Source: Bacteroidales bacterium (GTDB lineage Bacteria > Bacteroidota > Bacteroidia > Bacteroidales > JAOZVK01). From it: a DNA stretch of 43,129 nt. The notes beneath the pieces were generated by a model, which did not search any database, was not told where the DNA came from, and saw nothing but the letters and a program-made list of their open reading frames with translations. Location of the stretch: the NCBI GenBank assembly GCA_029938185.1, contig JAOZVK010000002.1, positions 1-43,129 of the forward strand. Reading direction: 5' to 3'. Positions 32,936 through 40,377 of this stretch are shown in pieces. The position numbers and the translations under genes are program-made. Each line of letters starts with the position of its first letter. Position 1 is the stretch's first letter.

Positions 32936-35489
32936 AAATACAAAAACAGACTCAATTAGAACATTAGAAGGTAGTTTTAATGATTTTTCAATCAGATATG
33001 CACAATTAAAGTCAATACTTATAACTAACAAACTTGATATAATTTTTGCAGAACCTTCAATAGCAAATAATGTTATAGTATGGAAAACTGAGCTAAAAGG
33101 AAAAATAGTCAATTACACAAATTTATCGAAAGAAGAAAAAGAAAAAACTGATAAATTACTGGGAAGACAAGCAGCAATTATTAAACAGAGATTAATAAAT
33201 ATACCATATATATCAAAAAAAATTGATATATATCTGAATATACCTTCTGATGAGTCAAAATACTTAATTAGAACTGATAAAGGTGATAAGGTTATTCTTA
33301 TACAATGGGGATGTATTACAGATGATGCTGCTAAAAGTAGTACGAAAATATCAGTAGAAGGTGAATATCCTGTTCCTGTAATTTTTAAGACTATTTTTAA
33401 AGATAATACAATTGCTGCAAATGAAAAAATATATATAAATTATAATAAAAATGAATATGAAAAATTCACAAATAATCAAGGTATAATAAACTTTGGTAAT
33501 GCATATACTGGGAAAACACTATCAACATATCAGATAGTTGAAAATAAAAAATGTAATGAACAAAAATTTATTTGCGATGGTAGAGATGAGTATATTATCA
33601 AAATTCCTAAAAATCAAAATATGCTTTTCAAAGTCCAATATAAAAATGGAAAAATTGTAAGTTCAAAAGATTTTATTTTTGAATATTCGGGGAAAACAAA
33701 AAAAATAACTACAAATAATAAAGGTGAAATACAATTAAAAGATATTCGTCCGCATACAAAAGTAAATATTTTTATACTAAAAGATGGAAAAAAAGAAATA
33801 TTCAGTACAATTGTTTGTGAAGAAAATAGAAAAATATACAAACTATCATTACCCAATCCTATACAAATAAAGAAACAAAGTCCAAAGGTTGTAAGTATTA
33901 TGCAACCAGATGATATAATAGATAAACCAGATGAAATAATAGAAAAAACAGACGATAAAACAGATGATATAATAGAAAAAATAGATGAATACAATCCAGT
34001 TAAAGATGATGAATCTGAAAAAAAAGTAAGAAGAAAAAAAATACGTAAAAGGATATTAATTGCTGGTGGTGCAACTATTTCATTATCTGCAATAATTTAT
34101 GGTATAATGATATTTTTAGGAGTATTTGCTATTGTTACTTATACTGGTATGAAATTTAACGATAGTGTTTATGATAGTTTAAAAACTCAAAAAATGCTTT
34201 CTAAAGCATCTTATGTAACACTTGCCAAAAATTTTAGTTTAAAACCGTATTGTCCAACACCTAAGCAACAAGGACAGTATGGGACATGTGTAGGATGGTC
34301 ATCAAGCTACGCAGCTAGAACAATTGTAGAAGCTTACAAAAAGGGTTGGAAAAATCAAACAAATAAAATTAACGAAAATGCATTTTCTCCACTTTTTGTA
34401 TACGGCTTAATATATGTAGCTAAAGACAACTGTAGTGATGGAACCTCCATAAACCAAGCAATGAAAGTGCTAACTAAAATTGGAGATGTGAAATTAAAAG
34501 AATTCCCTAAAATGTGTGCATGTGAATCCGAAGTCCCTTTAAATTTAAAGAAAAAAGCAAGTGTAAATAAAATTGAACGTTATTCAAAACTATTTGATAG
34601 AAGAGATAAAAAGGATGTAAAAATAAAAACTGTTAAAAAAGCAATTTCTGTTGGAAACCCAGTTGTAATTGGAATGATGTGTTATAGTTCTTTTTCTAGT
34701 GCCAAAGGTGTATGGAATGGGGTACAAGATAGAAAACGAGGAGGTCATGCTATGTGTGTTGTAGGTTGGGATGATAATAAATATGGCGGAGCCTTTGAGA
34801 TAATGAATAGTTGGGGTACTGACTGGGGGAATAATGGCTTTATTTGGGTTAAATATTCTGATTTTGCAAAAAATGTAAAATATGCTTTTGAATTAAATGG
34901 AAGCAATATTCCTAAAGTTAAAGAAAATTATGAATTATCAGCTTTATTACAATTCAAGTTAATCTCAGGTAAGTTTATGAAAGCTAATTGTTTGATAAGT
35001 GCAAGGGCATCTAAATTAGTAAAAGTTTCGAAGAGTCATTACAGAATATTAAACTCTTATAAATCTGGAACTAAATACAGAATATATATTACCAACAAAC
35101 AAGCTGCCTATGTTTATGTAATTGGTTCTGATATAACTGGGACAATAAATAAATTATTTCCACCTGACAACAAAACAAGCCCATACATAAGTTATGCAAA
35201 TAGTACTATTTCACTGCCTGATGATAAATATTATATTGAACTTGATAATACCATAGGTACCGATTATATTGCTGTTTTCTACTCTAAAAGTGAGCTTGAT
35301 TTTAATACTTTACTTACAAAATTAAAAACAAAATCTGGTTCTTTTTCACAAAAAATAAATTCAGTTTTTGGAGCATATTTAGTTGAAGATATAAATATAA
35401 ATTATAAACAAGATAAAATATTTTTTGAGGCTACTTCAAAAAATAAAATTACAGTACCAATTATTATTGAGATGAAACATACACGTTAA
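32922..35489 (+). CDS. N-module, beta-sandwich repeats, acidic linker, TM, papain-like (C1) cysteine peptidase and a C-terminal DUF4384-like domain
   Basis: N-module motifs IFAEPSIANNVIVWKTELKG and VILIQWGCITDD. TM segment ILIAGGATISLSAIIYGIMIFLGVFAIV follows KKVRRKKIRKR. C1 contexts are QGQYGTCVGWSSSYA (Cys, tgt 34287-34289), GGHAMCVVGWDD (His, cat 34746-34748) and NSWGTDWGNNGFIWV. The tail YRIYITNKQAAYVYVIGSDITGTINKLFPP is DUF4384-like (tentative). Confidence 0.8.
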   Translation: MQIIKNTKTDSIRTLEGSFNDFSIRYAQLKSILITNKLDIIFAEPSIANNVIVWKTELKGKIVNYTNLSKEEKEKTDKLLGRQAAIIKQRLINIPYISKKIDIYLNIPSDESKYLIRTDKGDKVILIQWGCITDDAAKSSTKISVEGEYPVPVIFKTIFKDNTIAANEKIYINYNKNEYEKFTNNQGIINFGNAYTGKTLSTYQIVENKKCNEQKFICDGRDEYIIKIPKNQNMLFKVQYKNGKIVSSKDFIFEYSGKTKKITTNNKGEIQLKDIRPHTKVNIFILKDGKKEIFSTIVCEENRKIYKLSLPNPIQIKKQSPKVVSIMQPDDIIDKPDEIIEKTDDKTDDIIEKIDEYNPVKDDESEKKVRRKKIRKRILIAGGATISLSAIIYGIMIFLGVFAIVTYTGMKFNDSVYDSLKTQKMLSKASYVTLAKNFSLKPYCPTPKQQGQYGTCVGWSSSYAARTIVEAYKKGWKNQTNKINENAFSPLFVYGLIYVAKDNCSDGTSINQAMKVLTKIGDVKLKEFPKMCACESEVPLNLKKKASVNKIERYSKLFDRRDKKDVKIKTVKKAISVGNPVVIGMMCYSSFSSAKGVWNGVQDRKRGGHAMCVVGWDDNKYGGAFEIMNSWGTDWGNNGFIWVKYSDFAKNVKYAFELNGSNIPKVKENYELSALLQFKLISGKFMKANCLISARASKLVKVSKSHYRILNSYKSGTKYRIYITNKQAAYVYVIGSDITGTINKLFPPDNKTSPYISYANSTISLPDDKYYIELDNTIGTDYIAVFYSKSELDFNTLLTKLKTKSGSFSQKINSVFGAYLVEDININYKQDKIFFEATSKNKITVPIIIEMKHTR

Positions 35490-35504
35490 TAAAATAATTG
35501 AATT

Positions 35505-37457
35505 ATGAGCACACATAAACGAAAAATAAAATACAGTCCTGATAGTCATGAGCATTTAATTAAAATTAAAAAAAGATGTAAACCATGTTGGCTTTTACTT
35601 TTACTTTTGTTACTTCCTCTTATTTTACTTATTCCACTGGAAAAGGATGTGAAATTTAAAGTATTAAATTCTTATGACAAATCTGTTGTAAGTAATTTAA
35701 ATGTAAGCTTTGAGTATTTAAAGCGTGATTTTTATAATTTTAAAACAAATAAATTTATTACACCTGAATATCGCTATCGCAAAACTGCTTATAATTCTGA
35801 TACTACTGATGAAAAAGGTTTTGCTATCATAAAAAAAATAGAATATACTGTTTATCACTGGATATTTCGTAATAATGATACTACAAGAACATATGCAACA
35901 AGCAATTGTTACAAGCTTGATACAATTATTGATTTATTTGAACTTGAAGATGGAGATACTCTATATACAAATCCTATTTTACTTGACTTCGAATTTACGG
36001 TAGTTGATGCTGATGATAACAATGAACCATTAGGGGGAGCTTTAGTTACAATAAAATCGGACATGTTTGGTCTAAAAGACTCTACACGTTCTGTAAGTGC
36101 AGGAAAAGTTTTATTTAAACAATTTCCTAAATGTTCTAATATTGAAGTTGTAGGTTCTAAATACGGCTGGTTCAATGATACGATAAAAGGCAATGCTGGA
36201 AATATTTATCAAAAAGATGATACTTTATTCTTAAAACAAGAAAAAACAATTGTGAAATTTTTTGTTCAGGACTTGTATACCAAAAAACCATTAGTTAAAG
36301 CTTATGGTCAATTGTTTTTTAGAGATAAACCAAATGAACAAGTAGGAGATGCTTTTACTAACATTAATGGTGTAGCAAAAGGGGTTATTGATGATATTCA
36401 TATAGTTAAATATATACGTATTGATGTAAATAAAACTAATAAACTGATTTTTTATAATGATACATCAACTGTTGATTATTTAAATTGGATAAAAGTTGAA
36501 GATTGGAATAAACGAACAGATTCTGCAAAAGTAATTTTTTTAAGACCTAATCCAAAACCTATTTTATTTCAGGATATTAATTGTAAAACTAAAGCAGGTA
36601 TTTCAGGTGTTGAAAATTTAGTCACTATTGTTAAATCTAATGGGGAAATAGTAGGACCTACTCCAATAACAAGTGACTCTGATGGAAACTTTAGTATTTC
36701 AGCAGGTCCTGGAGATAATATTACAATAGAGGCAAAAATCAATAGTGCGTGTCCAAATGAATATTTACCAAACAGTACAACAATAGTAAATGCACCATTT
36801 GAAGATTTAAAAAATGATGCCAGTAAAAGAAAAATTCTTTTATGTAAAGTTGATGCCAAAAAATTAGAATTTAAGAATACTGATGCAGGCACAGGGTCTC
36901 CGCTTTCTGGAGTCACCAATACTGTAAATGTACAAGGTGGAGGTACTTATACATACACAAGCATAGCTGATGGTACTTTTGTAGTAACAGATGTATATGA
37001 ATGTCAAATAATATCAATAACTGCATCTAAATCTGGATATGAAACAAATAATACTACTGTTGTAAACAAAAAATTTGATGTTTTAAGAGTTAATCCAGCA
37101 GATAGAATTATTCCATTAAAAAAGATAGTTTCGCCACCACCACCACCGCCACCGCCACCGCCAGTAAAAGGATGTGAAAGTATTGGAAGTGGAGGAGAAG
37201 GAAAAACAAAAACAGCCCATGATTTAGAAGGTTGTGAAACTTTTACAATTACTTGGGATATGCGCTCCATACCTGATGAAATGATTATTTATTGTGGAAA
37301 GGGTCCTTTTAAACGAAAATTATGGAAAACAAGTGGAGCTGTAAGTGGAAAAGGCTCAAGAACTTTGCGTTGTTCAAGAAAGTTTATTACAGTTGTTATA
37401 ATAGGTAGACAATCAGGAACTTCATGGAATTATGATTTAAAATGTGATTGTAATTGA
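35505..37457 (+). CDS. Single-pass membrane partner protein (IKIKK-CxxC-polyLeu N-terminus), several beta-sandwich repeats, a Pro10 linker and a Cys-rich C-terminal domain
   Basis: N-terminus EHLIKIKKRCKPCWLLLLLLLLPLILL. The central region is homologous to the 38994 protein (e.g. FKQFPKCSNIEVVGSKYGWFNDTI versus FKNVPNCSEIEVIGKKYGWKNDSI). PPPPPPPPPP is encoded at 37134-37163. The C-terminal ~95 aa has 6 or more Cys. Confidence 0.75.
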   Translation: MSTHKRKIKYSPDSHEHLIKIKKRCKPCWLLLLLLLLPLILLIPLEKDVKFKVLNSYDKSVVSNLNVSFEYLKRDFYNFKTNKFITPEYRYRKTAYNSDTTDEKGFAIIKKIEYTVYHWIFRNNDTTRTYATSNCYKLDTIIDLFELEDGDTLYTNPILLDFEFTVVDADDNNEPLGGALVTIKSDMFGLKDSTRSVSAGKVLFKQFPKCSNIEVVGSKYGWFNDTIKGNAGNIYQKDDTLFLKQEKTIVKFFVQDLYTKKPLVKAYGQLFFRDKPNEQVGDAFTNINGVAKGVIDDIHIVKYIRIDVNKTNKLIFYNDTSTVDYLNWIKVEDWNKRTDSAKVIFLRPNPKPILFQDINCKTKAGISGVENLVTIVKSNGEIVGPTPITSDSDGNFSISAGPGDNITIEAKINSACPNEYLPNSTTIVNAPFEDLKNDASKRKILLCKVDAKKLEFKNTDAGTGSPLSGVTNTVNVQGGGTYTYTSIADGTFVVTDVYECQIISITASKSGYETNNTTVVNKKFDVLRVNPADRIIPLKKIVSPPPPPPPPPPVKGCESIGSGGEGKTKTAHDLEGCETFTITWDMRSIPDEMIIYCGKGPFKRKLWKTSGAVSGKGSRTLRCSRKFITVVIIGRQSGTSWNYDLKCDCN

Positions 37458-37489
37458 TAACTTTACATATAGAATTTGAAGTGTAGAAT

Positions 37490-37523
37490 AATATTACTCC
37501 AACTTCAAAGCTGGAGTAATATT
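37490..37523 (+). terminator. Hairpin after the 35505 gene (11-bp stem), abutting an R1 copy
   Basis: aatattactcc (37490-37500) pairs with ggagtaatatt (37513-37523). An alternative pairing is tttgaagt (37475-37482) with acttcaaa (37502-37509). There is no strong T-run. Confidence 0.4.
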
Positions 37524-37625
37524 TAAGATATTCGACCTATTTAATGTTGCTTATGTTTAATATATAATTACCTATAGCTCAAAAGTTAAGCTTTACATAA
37601 AATAGGTAAAACTTTGTATGAGTGC
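37524..37625 (-). repeat. R1 intergenic repeat element (subfamily shared with the 29295 copy), reverse orientation
   Basis: taagatattcgacctatttaatgttgcttatg...aagctttacataaaataggtaaaactttgtatgagtgc. Confidence 0.7.
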
Positions 37626-37766
37626 TTAATAGTGATACATATAATTAATATAAGGTTCTAAATTTGACAATTATTACGTTTTTAAATAAACAAAAAAAGT
37701 TTATTTCTGGGACTTGATTTAGTATAAACAGTATTAAATTTATCATTATATAATAATCCCTCATTT

Positions 37767-38993
37767 ATGAAAATAATAGAAAAAAAGTCTACATCTTCAA
37801 TAAGATTAATCGTTGGAACAATAAACGATTATGATATAAGGTATCGTAATTTACAAAAATTCTTAAAAAAAGGTAATCTTTACACTCTTTTTGCTCAACC
37901 CCTAGTGTCGGGTAAACAAATTTTATGGCAAACTCCTTTGAAAGGAAAAATTACAAAGTACTCAAATTTATCACTGGATAAACAAAATATAGCTGATAGA
38001 ATATTGGAAGAGCAGGCAGGTCAAATCATTGGTGCTATTTCTAACAGAATGAATACAAGTAAAATAAAACAATATTTAAGCATTCCGACCAAAAGTGATA
38101 TTTATTTAGTACAAACAGATTTGGAAGATAAAGTTGTTATCACTCAATGGGGATGTGTTGCTGATGATGCTGATAAAATGCCTGTTACAATTATCAAAGA
38201 TGAAAATTTTCCTGTACCTGTTTTATTTATTGTTAAATATAAAAATGGAGAAATGGCTCCTAATGAAGATTTATTTATTGTATTTAATAATATGGCAAAT
38301 AAAGAAAATTCAGGAACAGAAGCCAAAATTGACTTTGGAAAAGTTGTTAAACGCACACCAATACAAGTATATCAAATTGTTGAGAAAAAAAAACAATTTT
38401 TTCACGACTTTATTGTTGATAGTCGAATTGAGTATTTTATAGAACTACCTCCTCTACAAACAATGCACTTTATGGTACAGGATACAAATGGAGACACTAA
38501 ATCTGATTATAGTTTTACTTTTGAATATACTGGTAAAAAACTTACTCAAATATCAAATGAAAATGGATTTATTGATATTGAAGGGGTTAAAGTAACAACT
38601 TCTGTTCAGGCATATCATGAAGAATTTGGAAAAAAATTATATCCTCATTCTTTTATTTGTGAGGAAGATAGAGATGTATATATTTTGTTAATACCTGTAC
38701 CTATCATTAAGAAGCCTCCTGTAATAATTGATGATGAGCCAGTACCGGATATTAAGCCTGAACAAAAACCCAAACAAATAAAAATAAAAATAATTGATCA
38801 TAAGAAAAAAATTGTCAAAAATAAAGAGCTAAAAATAATTTTCAGAGAAAAAGAATATGAATTAATAACAGATGAAAGTGGTTATTGCAGTCTTGAAGTA
38901 AAAGAAATTGAAGAAGGCGAAAAATTAGAAGTCATTATTAAAACTGATAAAAAAGAGAGAATTAGAAAATTGAAATATATAAAACAAAAATAA
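37767..38993 (+). CDS. N-module plus two beta-sandwich-like repeats; near-identical paralog of 31673 over its first ~255 aa, with a divergent C-terminus
   Basis: DNA is identical to the 31673 gene from ~37842 to 38528 (offset 6094 nt). It diverges after FEYTGKK. The stop abuts the next start (38994). Confidence 0.8.
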   Translation: MKIIEKKSTSSIRLIVGTINDYDIRYRNLQKFLKKGNLYTLFAQPLVSGKQILWQTPLKGKITKYSNLSLDKQNIADRILEEQAGQIIGAISNRMNTSKIKQYLSIPTKSDIYLVQTDLEDKVVITQWGCVADDADKMPVTIIKDENFPVPVLFIVKYKNGEMAPNEDLFIVFNNMANKENSGTEAKIDFGKVVKRTPIQVYQIVEKKKQFFHDFIVDSRIEYFIELPPLQTMHFMVQDTNGDTKSDYSFTFEYTGKKLTQISNENGFIDIEGVKVTTSVQAYHEEFGKKLYPHSFICEEDRDVYILLIPVPIIKKPPVIIDDEPVPDIKPEQKPKQIKIKIIDHKKKIVKNKELKIIFREKEYELITDESGYCSLEVKEIEEGEKLEVIIKTDKKERIRKLKYIKQK

Positions 38994-40376
38994 ATGAACA
39001 AACAAAAAAAAAACATACATAAATCTATTCCTTTATCAGAAAATCAAATGGAATATACTTTTTTATTAAAAAAAAAGCGTCGATGGTGGTTATTATTATT
39101 GCTAATTTTACTTATTCTTTTTATTCCATTAAAAAAAGATGTTAAGATTCAATTGATTGATAGAAAAAAAAATAATATTATCAGTGATATTGAGGTCAAA
39201 TTTGAATATAGAAAAAGAGATATTATTAACTACGATTCACTAAGCTTTTTTTCAAATTATTATCCACTCCCCAAACCTGCAATGTCATCAATAACAAATA
39301 AAAAAGGTATTGCTGTTTTTAAAAATGTAAAATATTCGATATTTCAGTACTTAAGTTCGTTTATTTATTCAAAAGACATTGGACATGTATTTATCAATAA
39401 TAATGAATGTTATAATGCTGATTCTATATATGATTTTTACGATTTAAAAAACAAAGCTGTACAAAAACTATATGTAAATCCAAATTTAATTGATATTCAA
39501 TTTACTGTTATTGATAAAGAAGATAATCAGGAATTACCAAATGCTCTTGTTACAATAGTTTCAAATGAATACAACTACATTGACTCTGCATTATCTGATG
39601 AAAGCGGAAGAGTATATTTTAAAAATGTTCCGAATTGTTCCGAAATTGAAGTAATTGGAAAAAAATATGGCTGGAAAAACGATAGTATTACCAGAATAAC
39701 AAAGGAAATTATTCGAAACAAAAAAGATACTCTATTTTTGGAACAAGAGAAGGTTATAATACCGTTCTACGTAAAAGACCTGCAAACCAACACTCCCATT
39801 GCAAATGCCTACGGTTATTTATTTTTCAGAACTGCACCAAATACAATAATTACCTCAGCAATAACAAACAGAAACGGTCTCGGAAAAGGTGTTTTTGAAG
39901 AAATTCATAAAATAAAACGAATAAGAATTGATGTAAAAAAACAGTGCTACAGAGACAGTTCTACAATAAATTATTATGTGGCAGAAGACTGGATACTAAA
40001 AACTCCGCAAGAACAAACAATATACATTGCACAAACTTTCAAAAATATTACATTATATATTTACAAATGTTGGAATCCTAAAAAAGATTCATATAAATTG
40101 TATATTGATGGAAATTTAATAACGAATTATAGAGCTACCACGGCAAACGAAACTACTGGCGAGGAAACACAAAAAAATAAAACTTTTATAACAAGAAATA
40201 TAACTTTATCCTGCGGTACACACACTATAAGTTTAAAATTATTAAAAGAAGGCGGTAATGGTTCGTGTGGTGGTTGCACAGAAGTTGCCATACCCAATAT
40301 AAATTTCTCAAGACGTGCAGACAGAAAGCACAACGACCCAAAGAAAAATTTCACATGGACTTTTAACATAAACTAA
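38994..40376 (+). CDS. Single-pass membrane partner protein (basic-polyLeu N-terminus), beta-sandwich repeats and a distinct Cys-containing C-terminal domain
   Basis: N-terminus YTFLLKKKRRWWLLLLLILLILFIPLKKDVKIQL parallels 35505 (..PLEKDVKFKVL), with homology through ~aa 330. The C-terminal domain is unrelated (..SCGTHTISLKLLKEGGNGSCGGCTEV..). Confidence 0.75.
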   Translation: MNKQKKNIHKSIPLSENQMEYTFLLKKKRRWWLLLLLILLILFIPLKKDVKIQLIDRKKNNIISDIEVKFEYRKRDIINYDSLSFFSNYYPLPKPAMSSITNKKGIAVFKNVKYSIFQYLSSFIYSKDIGHVFINNNECYNADSIYDFYDLKNKAVQKLYVNPNLIDIQFTVIDKEDNQELPNALVTIVSNEYNYIDSALSDESGRVYFKNVPNCSEIEVIGKKYGWKNDSITRITKEIIRNKKDTLFLEQEKVIIPFYVKDLQTNTPIANAYGYLFFRTAPNTIITSAITNRNGLGKGVFEEIHKIKRIRIDVKKQCYRDSSTINYYVAEDWILKTPQEQTIYIAQTFKNITLYIYKCWNPKKDSYKLYIDGNLITNYRATTANETTGEETQKNKTFITRNITLSCGTHTISLKLLKEGGNGSCGGCTEVAIPNINFSRRADRKHNDPKKNFTWTFNIN

Positions 40377-40377
40377 A

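Noticed and set aside
6950-38442. Nested + strand ORFs in alternative frames (6950-7135, 31336-31539, 32040-32348, 38134-38442)
   Set aside because: They are embedded in well-supported genes. The identical pair 32040 / 38134 is simply a by-product of the 685-bp identity tract. Their translations are L/I/K-rich with no features.
25811-38528. Diversity-generating retroelement or retron explanation for the near-identical repeats (di-Ubl repeats; 31.7/37.8 kb tract)
   Set aside because: No reverse transcriptase gene is present. Differences between copies are not adenine-specific. The long tract is perfectly identical rather than hypervariable.
2092-39013. Poly-A tracts as phase-variation switches (A9 in the E1 gene at 2092-2100; A10 at 39004-39013 near the start of the 38994 gene; many A7-A9 runs elsewhere)
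   Set aside because: Lys-rich proteins in a ~70% A+T genome generate such runs everywhere. All observed tracts are in frame. Without population read data there is no evidence of switching.
1231-40369. All minus-strand ORFs in the track (e.g. 1231-1473, 4583-4831, 10942-11331, 13241-13558, 16401-16793, 22630-23016, 33614-33994, 36569-36919, 40127-40369)
   Set aside because: Each lies antisense inside a longer + strand ORF that has clear domain motifs or paralogs. Their translations are low-complexity (S/F/L/I-rich mirror images of K/E/N-rich sense frames), and none has a recognisable motif. They are treated as shadow frames.
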